This document shows positions 40,657-52,045 of a stretch of 64,000 bases of DNA, one piece after another. The position numbers and the translations under genes are program-made. Positions within the stretch are counted from its first letter, which is position 1. Every line of letters starts with the position of its first letter. A model generated the notes under the pieces. The model saw nothing but the letters and a program-made list of their open reading frames with translations. It did no database searches and was not told where the DNA came from. The stretch is taken from positions 2,848,001-2,912,000 of the forward strand of contig OZ241986.1 of assembly GCA_965204375.1 (NCBI GenBank), given 5' to 3'. Source of the stretch: Candidatus Latescibacterota bacterium (GTDB taxonomy: Bacteria; Latescibacterota; UBA2968).

Positions 40657-41737
40657 TACGCTCACCGAGCGCGAAGACCGATTTTTGGGCTTTCGAATTT
40701 CGAGCCTCACGCGCCGACGCCTGGACAATTTTAAGGCAAATCGACGTGGCTATTATAGCCTGTGGATATTTCTCGTCCTGTTCGGATTGAGCTTGCCCGC
40801 AGAATTTATCGCCAATGACAAACCCCTTTTGGTCCGACACAAGGGGGTGTTTTATTTTCCCGCATTAAAAGCCTATCCCGAAACAACTTTTGGCGGCGAC
40901 TTTGAAACCGAAGCCGAGTACCGCGATCCATTTGTAAAAGAATTAATTGAAAAAGACGGATGGATCGTCTGGCCCTTGGTACCGTTTCGATACGACACAA
41001 TCAACTACGAACTCAAACATCCAGCCCCTGCACCGCCTTCTATACAAAACTATCTGGGCACCGATGATCAGGCACGCGATGTAACTGCGCGATTGATTTA
41101 CGGATTTCGGTTATCGGTCTTATTTGCCCTCGCGCTCACGGCATTCAGTTCTGTGGTAGGCATTGCAGCCGGCGCAGTACAGGGCTATTTGGGAGGATGG
41201 GTCGATCTCATTTTCCAAAGATTCATCGAAATTTGGGGCGGGTTGCCCACCCTGTTTATCCTCATTATTATCGCCAGCATTATTGAGCCGACGTTCTGGA
41301 CGCTCTTGGTCATTATGTTGCTATTTTCCTGGATGCGCCTCGTCGGCGTAGTACGGGCCGAGTTCTTGCGGGCACGCAATTTTGATTTTGTACGCGCCGC
41401 ACGCGCTCTGGGTGTCAATGACTTGACAATTATGTGGCGGCACGTATTACCCAATGCCATGGTGGCAACACTGACCTTCTTGCCCTTTGTACTCGTGGGA
41501 TCTGTCACCGTATTGACCTCGCTGGACTTTCTCGGTTTTGGCCTTCCGCCCCCCTCTCCCTCGCTGGGAGAATTGCTCAATCAGGGCAAGCGCAATTTGC
41601 AGGCTCCCTGGCTGGGTCTATCTGGATTTTTTGTCCTGGCAATTATGTTATCGCTACTCGTATTTATCGGCGAGGCCGTGCGCGATGCATTCGATGTCCG
41701 CAAAACCCTGTCGCAAACGGAGGGCAAGAGCGCGTGA
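40631..41737 (+). CDS. yejE: ABC permease (YejE-like); start uncertain
   Basis: [37 protein letters not shown]. Confidence 0.88.
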   Translation: MILKAEKYNTLTEREDRFLGFRISSLTRRRLDNFKANRRGYYSLWIFLVLFGLSLPAEFIANDKPLLVRHKGVFYFPALKAYPETTFGGDFETEAEYRDPFVKELIEKDGWIVWPLVPFRYDTINYELKHPAPAPPSIQNYLGTDDQARDVTARLIYGFRLSVLFALALTAFSSVVGIAAGAVQGYLGGWVDLIFQRFIEIWGGLPTLFILIIIASIIEPTFWTLLVIMLLFSWMRLVGVVRAEFLRARNFDFVRAARALGVNDLTIMWRHVLPNAMVATLTFLPFVLVGSVTVLTSLDFLGFGLPPPSPSLGELLNQGKRNLQAPWLGLSGFFVLAIMLSLLVFIGEAVRDAFDVRKTLSQTEGKSA

Positions 41738-43350
41738 GCTTGTTAAATGTTCAAAATCTGGGCGTGCATTTTCAACTCGAAGACCAGGTCGTCGAAGCTG
41801 TGCGCGGCGTATCGTTTCACATTGAAAAAGGAGAAACCGTCGCGCTGGTAGGTGAATCGGGATCGGGCAAATCCGTCTCGGCGCTTTCTGTAATGCAATT
41901 GCTCCCCTATCCGCGCGCTGTACATCCACACGGTAGCGTACAATTTGACGGAGAGGAAATGCTGGACGCGCCGCAAGAGCGACTGCAACATCTGCGCGGC
42001 GACCGCATTGCGATGATTTTTCAGGAGCCGATGACCTCACTGAATCCGCTGCATACCATTGAGAAACAAATCGGCGAAACCCTGATGTTGCACCGCAAAA
42101 TGACGCGAGAACAAGCGCGAGAACACACGCTAAACTTATTGCAAAAAGTACACTTGCCCGACCCCGAAACGCGCCTTAAATCGTATCCACACCAGCTATC
42201 GGGCGGTCAGCGGCAACGCGTGATGATCGCCATGGCCCTGGCCAATGAGCCGGATTTGCTCATTGCCGATGAGCCTACAACTGCGCTGGATGTGACGATT
42301 CAAGCGCAAATTTTGAAATTGCTCAAAGACCTGCAAGACGAATTTGGCATGGCGATTTTGCTCATCACGCACGACCTGACAATCGTTCTGCATGTAGCGG
42401 ATCGCGTCTATGTAATGACCCAGGGGAAAATTGTAGAAGAAGGAGACACCGCGCGCATCTTCGAGCAACCGCAACACACCTATACACAAAAACTTCTGAA
42501 TGCACAGCCAAAGGGAACAGCAACCGCGCTGAACGGATCGACACCCATCGTAGTCGAGGCAGATAATCTGAAAGTGTGGTTCCCCATTCAGCGGGGATTT
42601 TTGCGGCGAACCATCGGGCATATAAAAGCCGTAGATGGCATCTCATTAACTGTCCGCGCCGGGCATACCGTCGGCGTTGTCGGCGAATCTGGCTCGGGCA
42701 AAACAACACTGGGATTGGCCCTTTTGCGGTTGCTGAGCAGCCAGGGACCGATCCAGTTTAACGGACAGGGCATTCAGGGCCTGCCGAGCAAGACACTGCG
42801 CCCCTTAAGACGAGAGATGCAAATTGTTTTCCAAGACCCCTTTGGATCCTTAAGCCCCCGCCTATCGGTCTTTCACATTATCGCCGAGGGGTTGCGGGTT
42901 CACAACATGGGAGACAGCGATCACAAACGCCGGGACCTCGTAGCAGAAATAATGGATGAAGTAGGGCTTGAACCCGAAATGATGGATCGGTTTCCACACG
43001 AGTTCTCAGGCGGACAAAGGCAGCGCATTGCCATTGCGCGCGCCATGGTATTGCGCCCCCGATTTGTGGTCCTGGACGAACCCACAAGTGCGCTGGACAT
43101 GACCGTGCAGTCGCAAATTATCGACTTGCTCCGGCGCTTGCAAAAAGACCACGATCTGGCTTATTTATTCATCAGCCACGATTTGCGGGTCGTGCGCGCA
43201 CTGGCCAATGAACTCGTCGTCATGAAGGACGGCGTCGTTGTAGAACACGGCGCAACAGAAACCGTATTTGCAAATCCACAAACGGATTATACGCGAGAAT
43301 TGATTACAGCAGCATTTGATATCGATGTTGTCGATGGGGAGGTCCAATGA
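41734..43350 (+). CDS. yejF: Fused double ABC ATPase (YejF-like)
   Basis: Two GESGSGK Walker A motifs, LSGGQ/FSGGQ, DEPT; GTG start overlapping the upstream stop. Confidence 0.9.
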   Translation: MSLLNVQNLGVHFQLEDQVVEAVRGVSFHIEKGETVALVGESGSGKSVSALSVMQLLPYPRAVHPHGSVQFDGEEMLDAPQERLQHLRGDRIAMIFQEPMTSLNPLHTIEKQIGETLMLHRKMTREQAREHTLNLLQKVHLPDPETRLKSYPHQLSGGQRQRVMIAMALANEPDLLIADEPTTALDVTIQAQILKLLKDLQDEFGMAILLITHDLTIVLHVADRVYVMTQGKIVEEGDTARIFEQPQHTYTQKLLNAQPKGTATALNGSTPIVVEADNLKVWFPIQRGFLRRTIGHIKAVDGISLTVRAGHTVGVVGESGSGKTTLGLALLRLLSSQGPIQFNGQGIQGLPSKTLRPLRREMQIVFQDPFGSLSPRLSVFHIIAEGLRVHNMGDSDHKRRDLVAEIMDEVGLEPEMMDRFPHEFSGGQRQRIAIARAMVLRPRFVVLDEPTSALDMTVQSQIIDLLRRLQKDHDLAYLFISHDLRVVRALANELVVMKDGVVVEHGATETVFANPQTDYTRELITAAFDIDVVDGEVQ

Positions 43351-44318
43351 ATCAACTCGTCAATCAAAACGGTCAATCTCTTCCACTCACTTCACTAACA
43401 GAGTGGAAAGAAAAGCGCGCGAAAATTCTCGAATCAGCGCAGGAAATCATGGGTTCTTTACCAGGAGACGAAAAGCGATGTCCCTTCGCCGTGGATCTGG
43501 TAGAAGAAGTGGATTGCGGAACTTATATAAGGCGAATGATCACTTACGCCGCAGAATCCGGCGACCGCGCACAGGCGTATTTACTAATCCCTAAACAGGC
43601 TCTGGACGGGCGAGCGTGTCCAGCCGTCTTGTGTCCACACCCGACGCATGCGACATTGGGATACAAAACCGTCGTGGGATTGGGCGACCGCCCCAATCGG
43701 GCTTATGCCAGCGAATTGGCCGAACGCGGCTTTGTCACCATAGCACCATCCTATCCCATGCTGGCGGACTATTGGCCCGATATATTTGGCCTGGGTTATG
43801 AAAGTGGAACCCTGAAGGCGATTTGGGACAATATTCGGGCGATCGATTTGCTGGAAACACTACCGTATGTAAAACGGGGACCTGTCGGGGCAATCGGGCA
43901 CTCACTGGGCGGGCACAATTCCGTTTATACCGCTGTTTTTGAACCGCGCATCGGCGTTGTGGTATCGAGTTGTGGACTGGATTCCTACATAGACTACAAA
44001 GACGGAAATCTCGCTGGATGGACGCAGGATCGGTACATGCCCAAATTGAAAAATTACGTCCATCGGCTGTGGGATATACCCTTTGATTTTCACGATCTAA
44101 TCGCGGCTCTGGCACCCCGACCCTGTTTTATTGCCGCGCCACTGCGCGATAGCAATTTCAAATGGCAAAGCGTAGATGCCGTTGTCAACGCCGCCGCTCG
44201 CGTGTACGCCCTTTACGATGCAACAGAAAATCTGATTGTCGAACACCCCGATTGCGAACACGATTTTCCCAACGCCATGCGCGAACAGGCGTATCAATTA
44301 TTTGAAAAACACCTCTGA
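43347..44318 (+). CDS. Alpha/beta hydrolase (dienelactone hydrolase/esterase-like)
   Basis: GHSLGG nucleophile elbow, APRP, HDF. Confidence 0.85.
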   Translation: MNQLVNQNGQSLPLTSLTEWKEKRAKILESAQEIMGSLPGDEKRCPFAVDLVEEVDCGTYIRRMITYAAESGDRAQAYLLIPKQALDGRACPAVLCPHPTHATLGYKTVVGLGDRPNRAYASELAERGFVTIAPSYPMLADYWPDIFGLGYESGTLKAIWDNIRAIDLLETLPYVKRGPVGAIGHSLGGHNSVYTAVFEPRIGVVVSSCGLDSYIDYKDGNLAGWTQDRYMPKLKNYVHRLWDIPFDFHDLIAALAPRPCFIAAPLRDSNFKWQSVDAVVNAAARVYALYDATENLIVEHPDCEHDFPNAMREQAYQLFEKHL

Positions 44319-44334
44319 TGACTCGAGAGACCCC

Positions 44335-45600
44335 ATGCAAAGCAAAGTCGCTGTCCTCCGCACATCGCCGCGTACAGTTTTTGAAGACTACCACCACCTG
44401 CTCAATCTGGCGGATTACCAGAATATAATTGCCAAAGAGGTGGAAACCGCGCTCAAGATCAACATTTCATGGCACTTTTTTTTCCCCGGGTGTTCCACAA
44501 CACCGTGGCAACTCGATGGTGTTATCCGCGCCATGAAACGGGATGGCTACGATCCCAACCTCATTCACGGCTGCCACAATCGAACCGTGGTCATCGACGC
44601 GCGTTTGGGCGAAAAAGAAAACAAACACCTCCCCGTCATCGAAGCGCACGGCTTAAAAAATATACATCTCTACGAAGGTGAAGAATGGATCAACGTACGC
44701 GATGCCGTCGGCGACCTCACCTCAAAATTTCTCTGCCTGAACGAAGTCTATCCCAAAGGTTTTCACATTCCCAAACGCTTTATCGATGAAAACATCATCC
44801 ATTTCCCCACCGTCAAAACCCACGTCTTTACCACCACCACAGGCGCCATGAAAAATGCCTTTGGCGGTCTGCTCAACGAACGTCGCCACTGGACGCATCC
44901 CGTCATACACGAAACCCTCGTCGATCTGCTCATGATACAAAAGAACATCCACCGCGGTGTCTTCGCAGTTATGGACGGCACCTTTGCAGGCGATGGTCCC
45001 GGTCCGCGTTGTATGATCCCCCACACCAAAAACGTCATCCTCGCCAGTGCCGACCAGGTCGCCATTGACGCAGTCGCCGCCAAAATGATGGGATTTGACC
45101 CACTTTCAATCAAATACATCCGCATGGCACACGACCTCGGCCTCGGATGCGGAGACCCCTCCCAAATCGAAATTGCGGGTGATGTGGACGCCGCAGAAGA
45201 AAATTGGGACTTTGTCGGCCCGTACAAAAAAATGACCTTTGCCTCTAAAATGCAGCACAAAATCTACTGGGGGGGCCTCAAAAAACCCATCGAATGGTCG
45301 CTCAAAACCATCCTCGCACCCTGGGCTTATATGGCTTCAGTGCTCTACCACGACAGCTTCTGGTATCCTTTCCACGCGAAAAACAAAATGCAAGATGTAC
45401 TAAACAGCGACTGGGGCCGCCTCTTCCGCAACTGGGAACACCTCACCCCCGACGCACAGGGCTTTCCCGATGTGGGCGGCACCTCTACCAAACTCAAAAA
45501 AACGAATCTGCAAGCCTTATGGAATTCGCTCGGCATCTTGCGCGATTGCATTGTCGAAGCCCCTGAGTTCATCCACTCCCGAAAAAAATCAGCACAATAA
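44335..45600 (+). CDS. DUF362 domain (Fe-S) protein
   Basis: LKIN, PTVKTH..T.TTGAMKN.FG, GDGP, D.VAIDA. Confidence 0.85.
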   Translation: MQSKVAVLRTSPRTVFEDYHHLLNLADYQNIIAKEVETALKINISWHFFFPGCSTTPWQLDGVIRAMKRDGYDPNLIHGCHNRTVVIDARLGEKENKHLPVIEAHGLKNIHLYEGEEWINVRDAVGDLTSKFLCLNEVYPKGFHIPKRFIDENIIHFPTVKTHVFTTTTGAMKNAFGGLLNERRHWTHPVIHETLVDLLMIQKNIHRGVFAVMDGTFAGDGPGPRCMIPHTKNVILASADQVAIDAVAAKMMGFDPLSIKYIRMAHDLGLGCGDPSQIEIAGDVDAAEENWDFVGPYKKMTFASKMQHKIYWGGLKKPIEWSLKTILAPWAYMASVLYHDSFWYPFHAKNKMQDVLNSDWGRLFRNWEHLTPDAQGFPDVGGTSTKLKKTNLQALWNSLGILRDCIVEAPEFIHSRKKSAQ

Positions 45601-45604
45601 GAAT

Positions 45605-45639
45605 AATAGGCGAATGATTTTTGCGATCATCCGCCTATT
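45605..45639. terminator. Hairpin between convergent genes, probable terminator
   Basis: AATAGGCGAATGAT-TTTTGCG-ATCATCCGCCTATT. Confidence 0.6.
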
Positions 45640-45702
45640 CTAAGCAATGGGAAAGCTATTCAAATCTACCACTTGATAAAACAAACACTACAGACAATAT
45701 AG

Positions 45703-46122
45703 CTACAAATAATCGGGAAATTCAACCTCTAAAAATCGTTTTGGAGAGCCTATCAAAATATCTTTATACTTCTCGATATTGAGAAGATCATCGTCTCCAG
45801 AAATAATCCACTGAACCTTTCCTGCAATAGCACAGGCTATCACATTATCATCATCTGGATCTCGTTCTACAATACCACTTACACTTACGGGATCGTAAAG
45901 TTCAACCTGTTTCAATACTTCCTGCATCAACTCTGGCACACTGCTTTCTCGTGCAACCAGAATTGACGAAAATTTATCACGCCCCAACACCTCTCGGAGT
46001 TCTTTGACAAGAACAGGCGAGATAACGGCTTTTATCTTCCCGTTCTCAATCAATTTCAAAAGTTGATTCGGTAAGCCTGTCCAGAGCAGTGCCGAAATCC
46101 AGACACTGGTATCAAGCACCAC
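45703..46122 (-). CDS. PIN-domain toxin; start uncertain (GTG)
   Basis: VVLDTSVWISAL, RDPDDD.VI.CA, IISGD.DLL. Confidence 0.9.
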   Translation of the reverse strand: MVLDTSVWISALLWTGLPNQLLKLIENGKIKAVISPVLVKELREVLGRDKFSSILVARESSVPELMQEVLKQVELYDPVSVSGIVERDPDDDNVIACAIAGKVQWIISGDDDLLNIEKYKDILIGSPKRFLEVEFPDYL

Positions 46123-46360
46123 GTGTATCGCATTTTTCTTTTCGATAAGCATGAACCTCGTCGGCAATCTCACTTAATGGAGGTTCTACAAGGATTGGTC
46201 CTCTCAGGGCGATTTGGGAGAGTGATGCTGTTTTTTTTTGCTTTACAATCAGCGTATCACCCTCTATAAAAGCTGTCAGGTTTTCGCCATTTTCAATCCA
46301 GCCCTTCATTTCCTCAGGCAAAATCAGCTTATCATCAATGACTTTAACAGCATATTCCAT
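46112..46360 (-). CDS. AbrB/MazE-like antitoxin
   Basis: KLILPEEM, EGDTLIVK, EI..EVHAYR; overlaps the PIN gene. Confidence 0.75.
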   Translation of the reverse strand: MEYAVKVIDDKLILPEEMKGWIENGENLTAFIEGDTLIVKQKKTASLSQIALRGPILVEPPLSEIADEVHAYRKEKCDTRGA

Positions 46361-46485
46361 AGAGATTGTCCTTTAAAAAATACAGAGCATAATATTCTTT
46401 TTCAAAAATATACAACTCTGTCTTGAATGTCAATCTGTGATCCCCGATTGATTTTCCCTATATCACTACTTGTACTCTGACTTCC

Positions 46486-47472
46486 ATGACCAAAATCATT
46501 CACCGCCTGTTCCGCAATAAACTACCGGAACAGAACATCGCAAAAATCGAACCGCTCTCCGAAACTCGGGCGCACGCAGTCTGGAAAGTCACGACTGACC
46601 GCTCGGTATTTGCGGTAAAACACCACATCTTTGCATCGCTCACGCGCGGCAAACCATACCACTTACTCGCCGTTGAACAAAAGGTTACAGACCATCTCCT
46701 CGCCAGCGGCGCCTCGGTCCCCCGCATCATCGCAATCGACCACGATCTGGTCATATACGAATGGTGTGGCAATCACACCCTCGACGACATCTGCCAGACC
46801 GCTGATCCCGGACCATTCGCACACAGCGTCATCAACACCCTTTGTGCCCTTGAAAAAGCGTTTTACAAACACAGCGCCAAATTCATCCCGCACATCGCGC
46901 CCGGATGTAGCGCAGATGACTTGCGAGAACAGTGGCACAACACCACCCAATCACTCACTGAAACGCTTCCCGCACTCGTACGCGACCCCAGTGCCCCAGA
47001 TCTTCTATCGACCTGGGAAACCCTCATAAACGAACTTATCCAAGCACCGCCAGTACTCGGCCCAACCGACTACAACGCCCGCAACATCGCGTGTCCAAAT
47101 CCAGAAACAGCAACAGTTCTCGAACTCGCCAAAATTGGCTATGACTGGCCCGAACGTCGCCTGATACAATACACCACATCACTCGGCGCGCACAATCCCC
47201 GCGGCCGCATCATTGGCCTTCTCACACCATCGCTTGCGCGGCACTACGCCCATTTTGCATCAAAATTGTACTTGACTTCAGCCGAGATCATCCTCCTGCG
47301 CCTCGATGCACATCACCTCATCTATCACCTCTTCGCAGCCCATATATGCCTGACAACGCCCCCCTGGCAAAATATCAAAACCCGCATAGCACAGCATAAA
47401 AGCCAGATAGCCTATCCCCTATCCGACCACCCTCTGATAAACAAATTCCGTGCGTATTTTGAAAAAAAATAA
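46486..47472 (+). CDS. Aminoglycoside-phosphotransferase/kinase-like protein
   Basis: FAVK, VPRI, PTDYNARN catalytic-loop-like motif. Confidence 0.6.
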   Translation: MTKIIHRLFRNKLPEQNIAKIEPLSETRAHAVWKVTTDRSVFAVKHHIFASLTRGKPYHLLAVEQKVTDHLLASGASVPRIIAIDHDLVIYEWCGNHTLDDICQTADPGPFAHSVINTLCALEKAFYKHSAKFIPHIAPGCSADDLREQWHNTTQSLTETLPALVRDPSAPDLLSTWETLINELIQAPPVLGPTDYNARNIACPNPETATVLELAKIGYDWPERRLIQYTTSLGAHNPRGRIIGLLTPSLARHYAHFASKLYLTSAEIILLRLDAHHLIYHLFAAHICLTTPPWQNIKTRIAQHKSQIAYPLSDHPLINKFRAYFEKK

Positions 47473-47527
47473 AGGCGATCCCATTTCCCGGGACCGCCAT
47501 TCCTATCCGCTACAACCTGCCCTGCAC

Positions 47528-50500
47528 CTACGCAATATTTACCACCCGCTCAAAAATCTCTCGCGTCTGTGCCATATCGTTTTGCAAAACATCCTCAAAC
47601 ACCTCAGCCGTATCAAACCCCATCGCCCGGGCCACTGCTGTCAACGCCCGGTCTTCAGTGGGCAAGTGGGTGCGTGCCTGCTCGTCTTGGCGCCTGATCA
47701 CTTTTTCTACAGTACGCAAAAACACATACGCTTGCTGAAGACGTTGTGCGTCTTCAGCCTCCAAAAACCCGCCTTCTACCAATCTTCTCAGTGCCTCAAG
47801 CGTATTGGCACTGCGCAACTCTGGATGATCTTTGGCGAACTTCAACTGCAAAATTTGTGCAATAAACTCAATATCTACAATCCCTCCCGCATCTGTTTTG
47901 ATACTCACCACTTTACGGGATCTTTGCCCATCTTTGCGCTCCATCTTCTTGCGAATATCCAGCATTGTATCCACTTCTTCATCCGAAAACCCGCTATCCA
48001 CAATAAAAGGCTCAAACAAATTCAGCAGCTTTTCTCCCAGAACCGCATCGCCAGCGACAATCCGGCTGCGAGACAGTGCCATGCGCTCCCACGTTGACGC
48101 GCGCGTCTCCAAATAGCGACCATAAGATTCCAAAGACAGTGCCAAAAGTCCGCTTGCCCCCTCGGGACGCAACCGCGGATCCACTGGATAGAGTTTTCCC
48201 TGAGGCGTATTCTGCTCCAGCATCGCGATCATCTGCTGTGCCAGATCGATAAAAAATTGCAAATTCCCCTGCGGCCTCGCGCCATCTGTTTCGCCATCTT
48301 CGCCATATACAAATACGATATCCAGGTCCGAACCAAAGCTCAATTCGCTCCCACCCATCTTGCCCAGCCCCAGCACCACAAACCCGACCTCCTCGCCGCT
48401 GCCATTGCGCGGCACCCCGCGCTTTTCAACCAACCGTGCATAAACCACCTCATAAACCACCTGCACAACCGCATCGGCCAACATCGTCAGCGCCTCAAAT
48501 GTTTCAAACGTATCGGTCAAACCCACGAGATTGCGCGTACCAAAGCGCAGCAACTCGCGATTTTTTACAGCATTTATCCCCCCCGCCAATTCGGGCGTAT
48601 CGCCATACCGCTCAACCTGTGCGCGAAACTGTTCACGCAAAGCGTCCATACCCGGACTGAGATGCAAAACCTCTGCTTCTGGATCCAGATACAAAACCTC
48701 TGGGCGAACCAGCCAATCCAGCAATCCGGGGTTACGCCTTATCACCTGCACCAGAAATTGGCTGCCAACACACAGCGACAACATCAATTGGCGAAACCCC
48801 TGATTGGAAGCCAAAATTCGGAAAAACATATCGCCCGCGCCATAAGCAGACACCAGACTCTCCAGATTGCTCAACCCCTGGTCGGGATCGGCTGAATCCT
48901 GAAGTGCTTGCATCAATGCCGGTGCCAGTTCTGTAAAGCTCTGACGCGCCCGTGTGCCCCGAATCCTCGGCACATGCCCAAAAGCCAGATAAATGAGATT
49001 GCGATGCGCCTCGCCCGGTCGATCAAACCCAATATCTTCTAACAACCCAATAGCCTCTGCATCGCCGATTTCCATATTTACCAGCGCACCTATGGAACGC
49101 CCCTCGCTTTCTCGCGCCTCCGTAAAGACCTGGGCATACACTTCCTGCACAGCCTTCAAATGGGCATTCAGCATTTTGCGATACGCCTCAGCAGATCCCA
49201 TATCCATCGTGCGTGCCAATACGCCCTGTTCATCCTCCCCTTCGGGCAGCGAATAATCACTGCGGTTGTGCATCATCTGCAAACGGTGTTCCAAACGCCT
49301 GAAAAATACATAAGCATCCCTTAGCTGATCGGCCTCCTTACCCGACAGCGCAGATACCCGTTGCAACTGCCGGATAGCCTCGAGCGTGTTATCTGACCGC
49401 GCATTCTCGTGTATGCGCCCCACCAACAATTGCAAACATTGCACTATAAACTCGATATCCCGGATGCCACCCGAGCGCAACTTCAAATGCGTTTCGCGCT
49501 GCCCCTTACTTCCAATCTGATCTTCAATGCGCGCCTTAATGCGGTTGATCTCCATTGCCGGACTGGTATCAAAATAGCGCGGATAGACAAAGGGTTCTAC
49601 CATCTTTAAAAATCGCTGTCCCAGGTGTTCAGACCCGGCACAACAACGGGCTTTAATCAGCATCTGTCGCTCCCACAATTCGCCCCGCCGCATATAATAG
49701 CCCTCATATCCGGCAAGAGGCATCACGAGCGCGCCAGCCGCGCCATCGGGACGCAGGCGCATATCCATGCGATACAAAAATCCCTCTGGCGTCACTTCTG
49801 TTGCCGCACGCACAATTTGCTCACACAATCGGGAGAAAAACTCCTGATTGGTCACAGACCGTTCACCATCCGTATTGCCCTCGGCGCTATAGACAAACAT
49901 CAAATCGATATCCGAACTAAAATTGAGCTCCATACCGCCCAACTTGCCCAACCCAAAAATAGCAAACTCCACGGACTGTCCATCGCCATTTCGCGGCATA
50001 CCATAACGCGCTTGCAGATCGGGCAGCAAGATATCAATCAGCTTTTGCAAACACACATCTGCCAAAATCGACAAATCAGCCGCAACATATTGAATGGCGC
50101 GCCCACCGGCCAGATCGCCCACACCAATACGCAACAACTCGCGTCGCGCACTTCGCCGAACAGCATTGAGTTTGTCTTCGCGCGTATCCACAGCCTCGAC
50201 AGCCCGATCAAAAGACGCCATCAATTGTTCTTTCTCACACGATTGTGCAATGCGATCCGGAGCATCTGACAACCAGTCAAAAATATCGGGGTCGCGTACC
50301 ATCATATCGGCCATAAAAGGACTACCGCCCAAAACGTACAGCAACATGCGACACAAATCGGGATACTCTTTGAGCAGGTGCAAAAACGACACGCGACTGG
50401 CCTGCACGATGCGCACAAAATTATGCAGCGCCATATCGGGGTCGGGCGCATCGATCAACGCCTGAAAAAAATCATTGGAAAGTTGACCATCAGCCTCTAA

Positions 50501-50605
50501 CTCGGACAATTCCTCGAGATTGTGCAACGCGCGTTCAACATCACGAAATCCCGCCTGTGCAAGCGCGTTTTGTGCGTCGGATGTGTCAAAATTAAAAATG
50601 TCCAT
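47528..50605 (-). CDS. glnE: Glutamine synthetase adenylyltransferase
   Basis: Two NT domains: GKLGGMELNFSSDID and GKMGGSELSFGSDLD, D.RLRP.G, GG..DIEF. Confidence 0.96.
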   Translation of the reverse strand: MDIFNFDTSDAQNALAQAGFRDVERALHNLEELSELEADGQLSNDFFQALIDAPDPDMALHNFVRIVQASRVSFLHLLKEYPDLCRMLLYVLGGSPFMADMMVRDPDIFDWLSDAPDRIAQSCEKEQLMASFDRAVEAVDTREDKLNAVRRSARRELLRIGVGDLAGGRAIQYVAADLSILADVCLQKLIDILLPDLQARYGMPRNGDGQSVEFAIFGLGKLGGMELNFSSDIDLMFVYSAEGNTDGERSVTNQEFFSRLCEQIVRAATEVTPEGFLYRMDMRLRPDGAAGALVMPLAGYEGYYMRRGELWERQMLIKARCCAGSEHLGQRFLKMVEPFVYPRYFDTSPAMEINRIKARIEDQIGSKGQRETHLKLRSGGIRDIEFIVQCLQLLVGRIHENARSDNTLEAIRQLQRVSALSGKEADQLRDAYVFFRRLEHRLQMMHNRSDYSLPEGEDEQGVLARTMDMGSAEAYRKMLNAHLKAVQEVYAQVFTEARESEGRSIGALVNMEIGDAEAIGLLEDIGFDRPGEAHRNLIYLAFGHVPRIRGTRARQSFTELAPALMQALQDSADPDQGLSNLESLVSAYGAGDMFFRILASNQGFRQLMLSLCVGSQFLVQVIRRNPGLLDWLVRPEVLYLDPEAEVLHLSPGMDALREQFRAQVERYGDTPELAGGINAVKNRELLRFGTRNLVGLTDTFETFEALTMLADAVVQVVYEVVYARLVEKRGVPRNGSGEEVGFVVLGLGKMGGSELSFGSDLDIVFVYGEDGETDGARPQGNLQFFIDLAQQMIAMLEQNTPQGKLYPVDPRLRPEGASGLLALSLESYGRYLETRASTWERMALSRSRIVAGDAVLGEKLLNLFEPFIVDSGFSDEEVDTMLDIRKKMERKDGQRSRKVVSIKTDAGGIVDIEFIAQILQLKFAKDHPELRSANTLEALRRLVEGGFLEAEDAQRLQQAYVFLRTVEKVIRRQDEQARTHLPTEDRALTAVARAMGFDTAEVFEDVLQNDMAQTREIFERVVNIA

Positions 50606-50624
50606 GATGGATATCCAATACGAC

Positions 50625-50648
50625 GGGCGAAAGATCTTTCGCCCCTAC
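50625..50648 (-). repeat. GTAG-type REP hairpin
   Basis: Minus strand GTAG-GGGCGAAAGATCTTTCGCCC. Confidence 0.8.
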
Positions 50649-50650
50649 AA

Positions 50651-50680
50651 TCATCTGCGTTCATCTGCGTCATCTGCGGA
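50651..50680 (-). repeat. 9-10-mer tandem repeat (CGCAGATGA)x3 directly after the glnB stop
   Basis: Plus strand TCATCTGCGT TCATCTGCG TCATCTGCGG. Confidence 0.8.
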
Positions 50681-51097
<417 letters not shown>

Positions 51098-51114
51098 TCA
51101 AAAAAGGAAACGCT

Positions 51115-51468
51115 ATGCCTGTTACGAGATTATCGGAAACCACAGCCGAAGAATTTCCCTGGGGCACCCTCAACTGGCTCATGGGCCAGGCCATTGATCC
51201 CGATGCCAAACAGACCTTTGGCATGGCCGTCATTCAACCCGGCCAGCAGAATCCACCGCATTACCATCCCAATTGCGAAGAAATCCTCTACGTCGTCTCC
51301 GGAACATGCGAACACACGTACGGCGACGACAGCTATCAGCTCAAACCGGGCGATAGCATTCGGGTTCCCGCTGGCGTGATCCACCACGCGATCAACAACG
51401 GCGATGAGCCGCTACGCGCAATCATCTCCTTTTCATCGGGCGACCGTCAAACCGTATTTCTCGAATAG
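51115..51468 (+). CDS. Cupin domain protein
   Basis: HYHPNCEEILYV, PAGVIH. Confidence 0.88.
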   Translation: MPVTRLSETTAEEFPWGTLNWLMGQAIDPDAKQTFGMAVIQPGQQNPPHYHPNCEEILYVVSGTCEHTYGDDSYQLKPGDSIRVPAGVIHHAINNGDEPLRAIISFSSGDRQTVFLE

Positions 51469-51475
51469 GCAAACA

Positions 51476-52045
51476 ATGACTATTCGAGCCATCATCTTCG
51501 ACATGGACGGTACACTCACAGAATCGTACATCAACTGGCCGGAGTTGAGATCAAAAATCAATTGCCCACCCGAAAAAACCATCATCGAACACATCGACAA
51601 ATTACCCGCAACACAACGCAAACAGGCCAATGATATCCTTCTCGAAAAAGAATGGGAAGCAGCACAACACGCCGCCATTCGCGCTGGTGCAACAGAACTC
51701 ATCGACGCATTACGAGCGCGCAACTACAAAATCGGCCTGGTCACCAACAACCACGGCGCCGCCATGCACCGTGTGATCAACCGACTCAATCGCGCCTTTG
51801 ATGTCGCCTTCAGCCGCGACGACGGTCCCATAAAGCCCAGCCCCTACCTCATCCACAAAACGCTCCAGGCCCTCGACATTCCCCCAAACGAAGCCATAAG
51901 CATAGGCGACAGCCGCTACGACCTCATGGCCAGCGCCGCCGCCCGCGTGCGCTGTATTCACTTCACCGGTGGCGCGTCCGACTTCGCGCACGATCTTCAA
52001 GTCGCATCACTATATGCGATCATACCGATCCTGGACCGGCTTTAA
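51476..52045 (+). CDS. HAD-family hydrolase
   Basis: FDMDGTL, VTNN, KPSP, IGDSRYD. Confidence 0.9.
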   Translation: MTIRAIIFDMDGTLTESYINWPELRSKINCPPEKTIIEHIDKLPATQRKQANDILLEKEWEAAQHAAIRAGATELIDALRARNYKIGLVTNNHGAAMHRVINRLNRAFDVAFSRDDGPIKPSPYLIHKTLQALDIPPNEAISIGDSRYDLMASAAARVRCIHFTGGASDFAHDLQVASLYAIIPILDRL

